From NCBI GenBank assembly GCA_963718525.1, contig OY970355.1, forward strand, positions 2,784,001 to 2,848,000: 64,000 nucleotides of DNA, given 5' to 3'. A program made the translations under genes and the position numbers. This document shows, piece by piece, positions 9,695 through 19,546 of this stretch. Source of the DNA: Candidatus Dormiibacterota bacterium. Its GTDB lineage: Bacteria; Chloroflexota; Dormibacteria; Aeolococcales; Aeolococcaceae. The notes under the pieces are model-generated. The model saw only the letters and a program-made list of their open reading frames with translations, did not search any database and had not been told where the DNA came from. How positions within the stretch are numbered: the first letter of the stretch is position 1; each line of letters starts with the position of its first letter.

Positions 9695-10204
9695 ATGGAG
9701 ATGCGGGCCAACGCCATCGCAACCGACGTCGAAGTTCGGCCCTTTCGCGACGATGACTGGCCGGCGGTATCTGCCATCTACGCACAGGGGATCGCCACCG
9801 GGAACGCCACCTTCGAGACCGAGGTCCCCGGATTTGAACGATGGTCGGCAGCGCATGCACCCGAGCACCGTTTTGTGGCGGTTCGCGACGGCGAGATCGT
9901 CGGCTGGGTGGCCGCCGGTCCTGTCTCCGACCGTTGCGCATACGCGGGCGTGCTCGAGCACAGCGTCTATGTGGGTGCGCGAGTTCGTGGGCAGGGTGTT
10001 GGCCGCCGATTGCTTGAGGCCCTGCTCGCGAGTGCCGATGCAACCGGCATCTGGACGGTGCAGAGCGGGATCTTCCCGGAGAATGTCGCGAGTGTTGAGC
10101 TGCATCGGCGCTGCGGATTTCGCGTGGTCGGCACTCGCGAACGCATCGGACAGCTCGATGGTGTATGGCGGGATGTGCTGCTCATCGAGCGTCGCAAGCC
10201 GTGA
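9695..10204 (+). CDS. GNAT N-acetyltransferase, PAT/ArsN1-like
   Basis: IYAQGIATGNATFET, EHSVYV, RGQGVG, IFPENVASVELH; start may be 9701. Confidence 0.88.
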   Translation: MEMRANAIATDVEVRPFRDDDWPAVSAIYAQGIATGNATFETEVPGFERWSAAHAPEHRFVAVRDGEIVGWVAAGPVSDRCAYAGVLEHSVYVGARVRGQGVGRRLLEALLASADATGIWTVQSGIFPENVASVELHRRCGFRVVGTRERIGQLDGVWRDVLLIERRKP

Positions 10205-10554
10205 GCGCTGCCACCAAGTCCGCACTGGCGCCGCTGCGTGTGAAGGGATGCTGCCAGCCGGTTGCGCCGCCGCTTCCTGACGCTCGAGCCGACGAGCTCG
10301 CCGCACTCTGCAAGGCACTCGGCGACCCCACCCGGATTCAGATCCTGAACATTCTCGCGAAAGCCAGCGAGCCGGTCTGCGTCTGTGACTTCACCGCCGC
10401 CTTCGAGCTCGGCCAGCCGACCATCAGCCATCACCTGGCCACCCTCCGAGAAGCGGGCATCGTGACGAGCTTCAAGCGCGGGATCTGGGCGTTCTACCGT
10501 CTCAACCCCGCTATGTCAGCCGCAGCGCGGGCGGCGGTTTCGCTGGTCGGGTAG
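10201..10554 (+). CDS. arsR: ArsR/SmtB metalloregulator
   Basis: KALGDPTRIQIL, VCVCD, QPTISHHL, N-terminal CC; GTGA overlap with the GNAT gene. Confidence 0.9.
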   Translation: MSAATKSALAPLRVKGCCQPVAPPLPDARADELAALCKALGDPTRIQILNILAKASEPVCVCDFTAAFELGQPTISHHLATLREAGIVTSFKRGIWAFYRLNPAMSAAARAAVSLVG

Positions 10555-10631
10555 GCGACGCGTTCGCTCGCGCGCGCTTGATCGGCGCGGCGGCAGGCGG
10601 TCCGGCGGGGTTCCGCTGGTAGGGTGAGAAC

Positions 10632-11372
10632 GTGCCCTCCGCCCAATCCGACGCGCTCGCAATCGACGGTCTCATCAATCTCCGAGATCTTGGTGGCTTG
10701 CCGACCTCGTCAGGTGCCAGGACGCTCCGCGGCCGCCTGTTACGGAGTGAATCGCCGCACACCCTAAGTGACGCGGGTTTGCGCGAGCTGCTCGATCTCG
10801 GTATCGGCGCCGTCGTCGATCTGCGTACCACATCGGAACGCGAGAAGCGCCCGAGCCCGCTCGCCGAAGCTGGGGTGCTGACCTCGCACACTCCGATCTT
10901 CACCGACGACGATGACTACCCCGATCACCTCGCCACCGCAGCCGAGGTCTACTGCTGGTGGTTCCGCGAGCGTCGCGACGGCGTCGCAGCCGCGATGGCT
11001 GCGCTCGCCGACGCGCCATCCGCTCCCATCCTTGTGCACTGTCACGCCGGCAAGGACCGCACCGGCGTGATCGTCGCACTCGTGCTGCAACTCGCCGGGG
11101 TCAGCATCGACCTGATCGCAGACGACTACGCCATGAGCGGTGTCCAGCTGGCCGACATGCTCGCTCGTGATCGCGTGAGCGCCGTGGAACGCGGGATGGA
11201 CCCGGTACGCGTCGAGCGGCTTTTCACCGTGCGTCGTGAGGCGATGGTGCAGACCATGGAGTGCGTCGATGCGGAGCACGGCGGCGCCGTATCGTTACTC
11301 CGCGGGATCGGCCTCGACGGCGCCCGCGTGGAGCGCCTGAAGAATCTCCTGCTCAGCCCCACGTGGCCATAG
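10632..11372 (+). CDS. Protein-tyrosine phosphatase family protein
   Basis: NLRDLGG and HCHAGKDRTG (CX5R). Confidence 0.88.
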   Translation: MPSAQSDALAIDGLINLRDLGGLPTSSGARTLRGRLLRSESPHTLSDAGLRELLDLGIGAVVDLRTTSEREKRPSPLAEAGVLTSHTPIFTDDDDYPDHLATAAEVYCWWFRERRDGVAAAMAALADAPSAPILVHCHAGKDRTGVIVALVLQLAGVSIDLIADDYAMSGVQLADMLARDRVSAVERGMDPVRVERLFTVRREAMVQTMECVDAEHGGAVSLLRGIGLDGARVERLKNLLLSPTWP

Positions 11373-11415
11373 CGCGACAGTACGATTCGCTCACGGTGAG
11401 TCCGAGGACTGCGCG

Positions 11416-11760
11416 ATGAGATACATGCTGCTGTTCGCTGGAGACCAGGCGGCGTTCAATGCCATGTCGCCCGCAGATGCACAGGACATGTACGCGAAGA
11501 TCGGTGACTGGTGGGCGCACCACTCTTCGACTGGGGCCCTCGTGAGTGGCGAGCAACTCGAGCCACCGAACACCGCGAAGACGGTGCGTCACGAGCGAGA
11601 CGATCGCCTCGTCATCGACGGTCCCTTCATGGAGACGAAGGAGCACATCGGCGGGTTCGCCATTGTCGAGGTCTCCTCAATCGACGAGGCGTTGGATCTC
11701 GCGCGAACGTGGCCAGCGGGCGGTGCTGTGGAAGTCCGCAGGCTGATCGAGGCGCACTAG
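11416..11760 (+). CDS. YciI/DGPF family protein
   Basis: MRYMLL, DGPFMETKEHIGGF, VEVR. Confidence 0.88.
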   Translation: MRYMLLFAGDQAAFNAMSPADAQDMYAKIGDWWAHHSSTGALVSGEQLEPPNTAKTVRHERDDRLVIDGPFMETKEHIGGFAIVEVSSIDEALDLARTWPAGGAVEVRRLIEAH

Positions 11761-11785
11761 CTCAGCTGCCAGACGGCACCTTCGG

Positions 11786-12232
11786 TCACTGCGATGCGGT
11801 TGCGAGGAACCCGGGACAGATGCGCCCCACGAAGGCGGGCATCTGCCAGGAGCTGCCCAGTTCGAGGGCGGCGTGGTATCCCGACGCGACGGTCACCACG
11901 CTGTCGCCGATCCTGTCTCCGGTGCACCCTTCAGCAGAGATCGAATAGCGCCCCGGTGACAGAGCGATGCTCACCGCCACTGGTCGGCCGGTCCAGTCTT
12001 TGTGAGCGGCGAGGCTGCCGTCGCCCTCATTGGTCACGAAGACACGGCAGCCGTCGACATCCGGCGGGCACGCGGGAACCGTGACTATCAGACCTGTGAA
12101 CCCGGGAGTTCCCGCTCGCGGCCACAAGGCGACGATCGCCATGACAGCGACGCCGAGCAGGAGCCCGGCGGTGATCACGCCATTCCGGCGGGTGCGGGTC
12201 GCGCCCGTTGGCCTGATACCGGTCGCATTCAC
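11786..12232 (-). CDS. Hypothetical membrane-anchored/secreted protein
   Basis: N-terminal TM, four Cys; CATGAT 6 nt before GTG. Confidence 0.55.
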   Translation of the reverse strand: MNATGIRPTGATRTRRNGVITAGLLLGVAVMAIVALWPRAGTPGFTGLIVTVPACPPDVDGCRVFVTNEGDGSLAAHKDWTGRPVAVSIALSPGRYSISAEGCTGDRIGDSVVTVASGYHAALELGSSWQMPAFVGRICPGFLATASQ

Positions 12233-12461
12233 TCCGCAATCATGGTCCCGTCGCCGATTCCCAGGGTGCTCGTCACCGAATAGGGCAACCGCAGCAGGTC
12301 AGCAACGCCTCTCGAACGCGAGCATCGGGTGTCCTCCTAGTTAAGACCCAGGACTGGCGCATCCCTCACACCGTTGAGCAGCGTATTCTGAAGGTGCCTT
12401 GGGATGTTGCATCCAGCGCGGACTGAGCGCACTTCGGACGAGCTGAGGCGAAGGTTGTCCC

Positions 12462-13316
12462 ATGGCAAATGCTGGGAGACTGAGGACCGTTGCGGCGATC
12501 ACAGCCGTCTTCATCGCAGCCTGCGCCTCGGTGACACCACCTGCGGGCTCTTCGTCGAACAGGTCGCCAACGCGCGCAGCATCTGTGCACTCTCGCGCGA
12601 CGCGCGAATCAGCCGCGTCCGAACCATTCGCCAAAACGATCTCCCGCACCTTCGATGACGGGTTCACTCGCACCGCGTCCCCGTCAACCCTCCCTTTGCC
12701 GCTCGCCGCGCTCGCACGCGCCACCTCCAAAGACTTAACCAAGACGATCTACCTCACCTTCGACGATGGCCCCAATCTGACCTGGACTCCAGAAATTCTC
12801 TCCCTCCTGCAGGAATACGGTGCGCATGCGAGTTTCTTCGTCGTCGGCGAGAATGCCAAAAGGTGGCCCGGGTTGGTGGAGCAAGAAGCTCGGGACGGCG
12901 ATACCGTCGGCGACCACACTTGGTCACACCCGGCTCTCACCACCCTGTCAGCGAGTGCAGTCTACGTCGAGCTCGGCCGGGACCGGAACCTGGTCACGAC
13001 GCTGACCGGAGAGACGCCGACCTTGTGGCGACCTCCCTATGAAGCTTTCAACTCAACAGTGGTCGGTATTGCATCCGTGTTGGGGATGAAGATGCAGCTG
13101 TGGAGCGTGGATACCGGTGATTGGCAGCTTCCCGGGACCGAGGTCATCGTGTTGCGCGTAATGGCCGCGCTCCACAACGGGATGGTCGTGTTGTTGCACG
13201 ACGGGGGCGGCGACACCAGGAGTGAGACGGTGGCCGCAGTGGCCATCTTGATACCCGAGTTGGAGGCGGCAGGGTACCGGCTCGCAGCGCTGCCGCCGGC
13301 GGCGATTGGCCATTAG
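12462..13316 (+). CDS. Polysaccharide deacetylase (CE4), probable lipoprotein
   Basis: LTFDDGP, HTWSH, RPPY, LLHDG; IAAC lipobox-like. Confidence 0.9.
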   Translation: MANAGRLRTVAAITAVFIAACASVTPPAGSSSNRSPTRAASVHSRATRESAASEPFAKTISRTFDDGFTRTASPSTLPLPLAALARATSKDLTKTIYLTFDDGPNLTWTPEILSLLQEYGAHASFFVVGENAKRWPGLVEQEARDGDTVGDHTWSHPALTTLSASAVYVELGRDRNLVTTLTGETPTLWRPPYEAFNSTVVGIASVLGMKMQLWSVDTGDWQLPGTEVIVLRVMAALHNGMVVLLHDGGGDTRSETVAAVAILIPELEAAGYRLAALPPAAIGH

Positions 13317-13493
13317 GGCGACATCTGGCGATTGCAACGTCCCCTGGGGAGCGCTCGTCCGAGCAAGAGCGCCCACCAGCCGGTCTGCCCAGAGGACTTA
13401 CGACGAAGAGACCCTGGCAAGTGAGCGCCGGTTGATGGAGCCTACCGAGGAGAGACGCTGATAGGCGGATTGTGGGGGTATGCGCAGGGCGGC

Positions 13494-13664
13494 ATGATCA
13501 TTTGTCCGCGCTGCGCATCGAAGCGAGTGGTCCTGCTCACGTTTCCTGAGGAGGAATCGATCCCTCGCCAGGTTGTGCCGCGTCCAATCGCACGATGCGC
13601 TGACTGCGGGCACCGGCTCACGCCCACGGAGATCACCAGTCAGGAGAAGCCGTCCCTCAACTAG
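13494..13664 (+). CDS. Small zinc-ribbon-like protein
   Basis: CPRC and CADC pairs in about 56 aa; start uncertain. Confidence 0.5.
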   Translation: MIICPRCASKRVVLLTFPEEESIPRQVVPRPIARCADCGHRLTPTEITSQEKPSLN

Positions 13665-13754
13665 CTTTGAGCCCGGCGCCAGGAGGACCGCGACGCGTTG
13701 CTCGTGGCCGAGGCGGCTTGATTACTCACCCGGTAGCATCGAGACCAATCAGAG

Positions 13755-14300
13755 GTGAAGGGCGTGCGCAAAATCGTCGTGTACGAGTTGGTGTCCCTCG
13801 ACGGGGTTGCCGAGGACCCAGATAGTTTCATCGCCGAATGGGACGAGGCGATGGACGCCAACCTTGCGGCTGTGATCGAGAAACAGGACACGGTCATTCT
13901 CGGCCGCCGTAGCTATGCCGAGTGGGCGCAGTTCTGGCCGAGCAGCCAGATCCAGCCATTCGCAACATTCATCAACGGGGTCACGAAGTATGTCGCGACG
14001 TCCAGGCCCCTTGACAGAGATTGGGCCAATGCGACGGTTCTCGACGGCGGGTTGGTCGAATTCGTTCGGGATCTCAAGCAGCAGCGCGGAGGCGATGTCG
14101 GGGTCCACGCAAGTATCTCGGTCGCGAAGGCGCTGCTCGCGGCCGACGTTGTCGACGAACTCAGGCTCGTGATAGCGCCGCGGATCGCCGGCCGCGGACG
14201 ACAACTCCTCGACGGGTTGCCGTCGATTCAGCTCGAGTTGATCCGAAGCGAGATCTCACCGACTGGCTATCTGCTCGTCGACTATCGCGTTACTCGTTAG
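13755..14300 (+). CDS. Dihydrofolate reductase-like (RibD C-terminal) protein
   Basis: SLDGVAE, ILGRRSY, VDELRLVIAP. Confidence 0.87.
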   Translation: MKGVRKIVVYELVSLDGVAEDPDSFIAEWDEAMDANLAAVIEKQDTVILGRRSYAEWAQFWPSSQIQPFATFINGVTKYVATSRPLDRDWANATVLDGGLVEFVRDLKQQRGGDVGVHASISVAKALLAADVVDELRLVIAPRIAGRGRQLLDGLPSIQLELIRSEISPTGYLLVDYRVTR

Positions 14301-14328
14301 GGGTTTCGGGCCGATGCGGGCGGTTCAG

Positions 14329-15234
14329 TCAGGTCGCACGCCGTCGCATTCGCACCAAGCCGATCGCGTTCGCGTCCGCGACGGCGTCCCGGGCTTTGAC
14401 CTGGACGTCGCTGTCCCATGACGTAAGGTTATCCCGCGCACGGCGGAAGGAGGCTGCCACTTGGGCAGCGGTGGGCTCGTCGCCCAACGGCATGACGTGA
14501 AGCGCGTCCACCACCGGCAGATCTGCGAGTCGCAGTGCCATCTCAAGCGCCAAATCGCGCCCTCCCCCGGCGCACACCTGCGCATAGGCTGCGTCAGGCA
14601 GGTCGCACCCTGGCAGGGAGCGGGCTCGATCAGCCATGGCGCGACTCCGCAGCACTCCCACGGTCACATAAACGCGCAGTCGATGCAGCAGCCCCGCGTC
14701 GCCAGCGCGGTCCAAGAATCCGGTGAGAGTGGGGATGCTGAAACACATCTGGGTATGAGCGAAGGTTGCACCGCAGTCAAGCTTTCGCCCCAGCAGCCGC
14801 AGCTCTCTGCCGGGGTCGCTGGCAAACGGGTTCAGTACGCAGCCCCGTGCGATGGGCAGCGGGGCCAGCCATTCCCCGGCAGCAGCGAGCAGCTGCGTCC
14901 CGGTCATGTCGCCGACTCGCGCAATCCCGGGAACGTCGTCGCCGTGGAGGCAGACGATTCCGTCGCAGCCGAGGGCGGCAGCGCCAACCACCTCGCTCTG
15001 GAGCGCTAGCCGGTTGCGATCCCGCGCCGAGATATGGACCACGGTCCTGACGCCCTGCTCTCTCGCCAGGGCCACCGCCGCAAGTGGCGACATCCGGGGC
15101 TGGCCAGCGTGATTGTCGGTGAGCACGACCAGTTCGACGTCTTGCGCCAGCTCTGCGATCCGCTCTGTGACACGTGCAGTGTCGGGGCGCACGGGCAAGG
15201 AGATCTCGGCTGAGGTCAGCGCCCGGTCTGGCAT
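14329..15234 (-). CDS. metF: Methylenetetrahydrofolate reductase-like protein
   Basis: LTDN, HISARDRNRLALQS, CLHGD, RKLDCGATFAHTQ; the ORF-track extension to 15339 runs through the tRNA. Confidence 0.75.
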   Translation of the reverse strand: MPDRALTSAEISLPVRPDTARVTERIAELAQDVELVVLTDNHAGQPRMSPLAAVALAREQGVRTVVHISARDRNRLALQSEVVGAAALGCDGIVCLHGDDVPGIARVGDMTGTQLLAAAGEWLAPLPIARGCVLNPFASDPGRELRLLGRKLDCGATFAHTQMCFSIPTLTGFLDRAGDAGLLHRLRVYVTVGVLRSRAMADRARSLPGCDLPDAAYAQVCAGGGRDLALEMALRLADLPVVDALHVMPLGDEPTAAQVAASFRRARDNLTSWDSDVQVKARDAVADANAIGLVRMRRRAT

Positions 15235-15278
15235 CGACGGATCTTCGCGCAGGCAGCGGCTGCGGTGCAGTAAGGGTG

Positions 15279-15353
15279 TGGTCGGGGCGACTGGACTCGA
15301 ACCAGCGACCCCCTGCTCCCAAAGCAGGTGCGCTACCACTGCGCCACGCCCCG
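15279..15353 (-). tRNA. tRNA-Pro(TGG), CCA encoded
   Basis: CGGGGCG acceptor, CCTGC-TTTGGGA-GCAGG anticodon arm, GGTTCGAGTCC T-arm, ends ACCA. Confidence 0.97.
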
Positions 15354-15469
15354 ACGCGCCGGATCTTCAAGACGCCGCCCACCCCTGCCCCGCGCTCACC
15401 GGTGACGCACCCATCTCGCCGCACCAGGCATGGGCCGGATCTGGCGCAAAAGGTAGCACGACATCTCAC

Positions 15470-15976
15470 TCACGACGCGTCACGCCGGCCAAGGACTCTG
15501 TCGACGGTTTCCTCAATCTGTTTGAGGTGCGGTCGCTCATGGCGAGCGAGATGCTCGGCGTAGGACAGCAGAGTCCGCTCGTTGGTCATCCCGTAGGCGA
15601 CGACCAGGGCCTTGCGCGACCAACCTTCCGGCGACAGGTGTTCAAGGATTGCCAGCAGCTCCGAGCGCTGTGCGACATAGGAACGCATCGAGTCGTGGAA
15701 TCCGAGTTCGAGGTAGTCGGTGCTCTTGATCCACGTGCGGGGATTGACACCACGGCGCTCCGGCATGTCCTCCGCAAGAATCGCTGCGATGTGGTTGCCC
15801 CATACGTCTGCACACGCACGAAGATGCGCAAGCACTTCATTTGCGGACCACGCATCATCGGCGGGACTGGTGCGCAGCTGAGCCGGTGTGATGTCGGCCG
15901 TCAGCGCAGTGATACGACGCGGTGCGTCGGCAAGTCCGGTCACGATCTGCTTCGTCGTGAGTGATTTGCTCGCCAC
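15470..15976 (-). CDS. DinB family protein
   Basis: WSANEVLAHL and HERPHLKQI His motifs; start uncertain. Confidence 0.8.
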   Translation of the reverse strand: MASKSLTTKQIVTGLADAPRRITALTADITPAQLRTSPADDAWSANEVLAHLRACADVWGNHIAAILAEDMPERRGVNPRTWIKSTDYLELGFHDSMRSYVAQRSELLAILEHLSPEGWSRKALVVAYGMTNERTLLSYAEHLARHERPHLKQIEETVDRVLGRRDAS

Positions 15977-16086
15977 TTGATGTCCATTAAGCCATGGCAC
16001 CCACACAATTTCGTCTTGGGCTGCGTGTCAGCGCCGCCCGGGCTGCCATACGGTGCATCGCTGATAGGCTCGGGGCATGGCGGGAC

Positions 16087-16440
16087 ATGACTGAGCGCGC
16101 GATTCCTCCGACTGCGCGCGAGCGAGCGGCGTTCGATGCGGCCACCATGGGGAAGCCCAAGGACTTCATTCGAGTGTGCCGCGAGCTTCGCAGAGACCCG
16201 GCGCAAATGCTGGACGCGTTCGAAGCGGCCCCGTGGCGCTGGCTCTTCCACTTCCCTCCGGGGGACCCGGTCACTGACGAGATGCGTCATCGGCCCTTCC
16301 TGCCTCCGATCCAGTCGCGGCTCGACGCCGTGCGCGAATACGTCGAGGCGCCGTGGTGGCGCCGGGTTTTCAGCGCTTCAGACGCACGCGACCCGACCAC
16401 CCGGCAGGCGTACGCGAGGACTCGCTTGCCTGGTCGATGA
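16087..16440 (+). CDS. Hypothetical protein
   Basis: Open frame filling the gap; no recognised motif. Confidence 0.45.
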   Translation: MTERAIPPTARERAAFDAATMGKPKDFIRVCRELRRDPAQMLDAFEAAPWRWLFHFPPGDPVTDEMRHRPFLPPIQSRLDAVREYVEAPWWRRVFSASDARDPTTRQAYARTRLPGR

Positions 16441-16551
16441 GCGTCGAGTTCGCCTCAGCGCTCATCGTGGCCGATGCCGCCATGGCTCGACACTGACGTC
16501 CAGCCTCGGCCGTCACGCCTGCGCCCTCGCGCGCAGCAAACTCTCGTAGGC

Positions 16552-17730
16552 GTGGACCTCCTCGACGTCATCCTCATCATCTTCATCCTCGTCTTCACCG
16601 TGTCCGGCTTGCGCCGTGGACTGACCGGGGTGGCTCTTGCGCTCGCGGGCCTCGTGGTCGGCCTCCTGCTCGGCGCTGTGATTGCTCCTCCCGTCGCCAC
16701 GGCGATCACCAAGGACCCGACCACCCGGCCGATCGTCGCCATCGGCATCTTCCTGGGCGTCGCGCTCGTGGTTGAAGGGATCGGCGCGGGCGTCGGCTAC
16801 CGCATCCGGGAGCGAACCGAGCGCACCGCCCTGCTCGGCAAGGCCGATTCAGCGGTGGGGGCAGTCCTCGGCCTGGGGGCGGCGCTTGCGACGGCCTGGT
16901 ACGTCGGCCTGATCTTCTCGCAGAGCCCCTGGGTCACCCTGGACAACCAGATCAGCAACTCCGCCATCGAGCGCACCCTCGACCAGTACATGCCCCGGCC
17001 ACCTGGCTTCCTCGCCATCATCGGCAACCTCTTCCGGCCGGGAGGCTTCCCGAACCCCTTCTCCACGATCCTGAACATTCCTCCCACCCCTGTCGCCATC
17101 CCACCGCTCATCAACACGGCGGGCATCCGTGCGGCAACCGCTGTGACCTCCAGAGTGATCGCCACGGGATGCGGCGGCGGAGCTGAGGCGGGATCGTCGT
17201 GGCCCCTGGCAGCCGGGTACTTCGTCACCAACGCCCATGTCGTCGCCGGCTCGAGCAGTGTCGAGGTCGACACGCCGGACGGAGGCCGCCACGTGGCGCG
17301 CGTCGTGCTCTTCGATCCGAACACCGACGTGGCGGTGCTGTACTCACCGGGGGTGCGGCTGAGCCCGCTGGTGATCGTGAACAGCAACCCCGCACGGGGG
17401 ACGGACGGCGCGGTCATCGGCTATCCGGGTGGCGGCGCTGAACAGGTGGTCCCCGCGGCCGTCAGCGGCGTCGAGGCGGCGCGAGGCTACAACATCTATG
17501 GGGACACGCTCGTCACCCGTGAGATCGAGGTGCTCTCCGCCCGGGTCATCCCGGGAAACTCCGGTGGTCCGATCGTGAACGACAACGGCCAGGTCATCGG
17601 CGTCGTCTTCGCGGCGAGCACCGTCCAGCCCAACGTCGGCTACGCGTTGACCGTCCCGACGGTGTATCCAGACCTTCAGGCCGGCGAGCATCGCACCGCC
17701 GCGGTTTCCACCGAGGGGTGCGCCGCCTGA
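16552..17730 (+). CDS. MarP-like membrane serine protease (CvpA TM domain plus trypsin domain)
   Basis: VDLLDVIL TM block, TNAHVV, DVAVL, GNSGGP, terminal Cys. Confidence 0.88.
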   Translation: MDLLDVILIIFILVFTVSGLRRGLTGVALALAGLVVGLLLGAVIAPPVATAITKDPTTRPIVAIGIFLGVALVVEGIGAGVGYRIRERTERTALLGKADSAVGAVLGLGAALATAWYVGLIFSQSPWVTLDNQISNSAIERTLDQYMPRPPGFLAIIGNLFRPGGFPNPFSTILNIPPTPVAIPPLINTAGIRAATAVTSRVIATGCGGGAEAGSSWPLAAGYFVTNAHVVAGSSSVEVDTPDGGRHVARVVLFDPNTDVAVLYSPGVRLSPLVIVNSNPARGTDGAVIGYPGGGAEQVVPAAVSGVEAARGYNIYGDTLVTREIEVLSARVIPGNSGGPIVNDNGQVIGVVFAASTVQPNVGYALTVPTVYPDLQAGEHRTAAVSTEGCAA

Positions 17731-17773
17731 GTGCTGCGCTCAGGCGCTAGTACCGCGACAGCTCCCGAGCCGC

Positions 17774-17800
17774 GGAGGGGCAGCTGCACCCTGCCCCTCC
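17774..17800. terminator. GC-rich hairpin between convergent genes
   Basis: GGAGGGGCAG-7-CTGCCCCTCC, perfect 10-bp stem. Confidence 0.6.
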
Positions 17801-17810
17801 ACTCAGCGAC

Positions 17811-18783
17811 TCAGCTCGAGATGAACCCGTTCTGAAGCAGCCACGTGTGCGCCACGTTGGTGACCGTCTGGCCCTGCACCTCGACCATCGCGTTGAGCGA
17901 GAGCATCACCGGCGTGGTCCACTTCGCCGCCACCGGTGCCATCCACGCGCCGATCGACGGGTTCTTCTGCAGCACGCTCGACCGCACCACCAGTCCCGCG
18001 TTGTCAGGTGGGAAGAGGTTCTTGTCGTCGGTCAAGGTCACCTCGTTGTTGACCTGGATCGCGGAGTTGGTGGTGTACACCTCACCGGCGTCGCACTGCC
18101 CCTTAGCGATCGCCTTCTCGGCGGTCGTGCCGATCTGTATGTAGTGGAAGGCCGAGGCGGCCGGCCAGCCGTAGGTGGTCACGAGGCCAGGAAGACCGTC
18201 GGGCCGGGTGAGGAACTCCGACTGCACGCAGACCTTGGTGGTCGGATGCGACGTCAGGTAGGTGCCGAACGCCGCCAGTGAAGTTCCGAACGTTCCCGAC
18301 TGACTCGACTTGATGGCGATGCCGTTGGTGTCATCGAATTGCGTCGGGGCGACCCAGCAGAGGCCATTGGCCTCGTCCTTCTGCTGCACGTACGTGAACG
18401 CCGCGGCCAGAGCAGTCGGGAAGTTGGTGAGCCCGAGGTAGTCACCCAGCTCGGTCCCGGTGTACTGCCAGTACATGTCGATGGTGCCGGTGGTCAGTGC
18501 AGTGCCGATCGCCTTGTCTGCAGCGGTGAATGTATTCGTGACATTGAAGCCGTGCGCATTGAGCACGTCCGCGGTCATCTGCGCCATCAACCCTTCTTCG
18601 GCAAATCCCTTGGCGCCGATCGAGAGCGTTGTGCCGTTACCGCTGGTCTGAGTTCCGCTCGGGCATGTCGATGTCGTGCCCGCGCTGGTTGACGGAGTGC
18701 CGCCGCCGGAGTTTCCACCCCCGCACGCAGCAAGGGTCCCGGGTATCGCGATTGCGATGACCGCGAGTAGCTTGCGCCTCATG
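17811..18783 (-). CDS. Glycine betaine/osmoprotectant ABC substrate-binding lipoprotein
   Basis: LAAC lipobox, IGAKGFAE, YWQYTGT, DDKNLFPP; start approximate (MRRKLL). Confidence 0.88.
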
Positions 18784-18802
18784 GATGTGTTCCTCCACGT
18801 GT

Positions 18803-19546
18803 TCAACCGTTGACCGTTCTTGGGACTGCGACACGCTCAATCATTGAGAGGCCCCAGTCCGCTAACAAAGCAAGTGACGCCACCATCACGGCTCCGACGA
18901 AAACCACCCTGTCACTGTTGTTGATGCCAGCGGCGATCACGTCCCCGAGGCCGCCACCTCCGATGAAGTTTCCGAGTGTAGCGGTTCCGATGATTAGGAC
19001 GAGTGCGGTGCGAAGCCCGGCAAATATCAGTGGTGACGCCAGGGGTGTCTGGACTCGCACCAAAACCTGCCAACGCGTCATGCCCATTCCTCGCGCCGCA
19101 TCGACCACCGCCGGATCGACCCCCTGGATACCTGCGACCGTATTGCGCAGGACAGGGAGCAGGCCATACACGACCAGCGCGACAACAGTCGGGGTGACCC
19201 CGAGGCCGAGGAATGCGAACAGCAGCACCAGCAGGCCGATGCCGGGAATGGCCTGTCCCAGGTTCGCGATGAGGAACACCGGCACGCGAACGAGCCGCCC
19301 CGCCTGAGCGATCACGACGCCGACCGGCACGCCGATCGCCGCGACCAGCGCGAACGAGATCCCCGAGATGTAGATATGCGAAATCGTCTCCATCATCAGG
19401 TTCGGCGCATTGATGACCTCGGAGTCGAAGGGCTTGCCGGTCAATGTTTGGTAGACACCGATCGACAGGAGAATGCCGATCACAACCCATATGGGGACGG
19501 CGAACGGGCGAAGGCGATGGACCCACGCGGGCAGGTGCGGCATCAC
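18803..19546 (-). CDS. Osmoprotectant ABC permease
   Basis: QAIPGIGLL, DAARGMGMT loop, GGGGLG. Confidence 0.9.
   Translation of the reverse strand: MMPHLPAWVHRLRPFAVPIWVVIGILLSIGVYQTLTGKPFDSEVINAPNLMMETISHIYISGISFALVAAIGVPVGVVIAQAGRLVRVPVFLIANLGQAIPGIGLLVLLFAFLGLGVTPTVVALVVYGLLPVLRNTVAGIQGVDPAVVDAARGMGMTRWQVLVRVQTPLASPLIFAGLRTALVLIIGTATLGNFIGGGGLGDVIAAGINNSDRVVFVGAVMVASLALLADWGLSMIERVAVPRTVNG

Noticed and set aside
15235-15339. N-terminal extension of the MetF-like ORF
   Set aside because: It is a translation of the tRNA-Pro gene.
18343-18353. GTCGGGGCGAC match to the tRNA-Pro 3' end as a possible att site
   Set aside because: Only about 11 GC-rich bases, inside an intact CDS, on the wrong side of the tRNA, with no integrase nearby.
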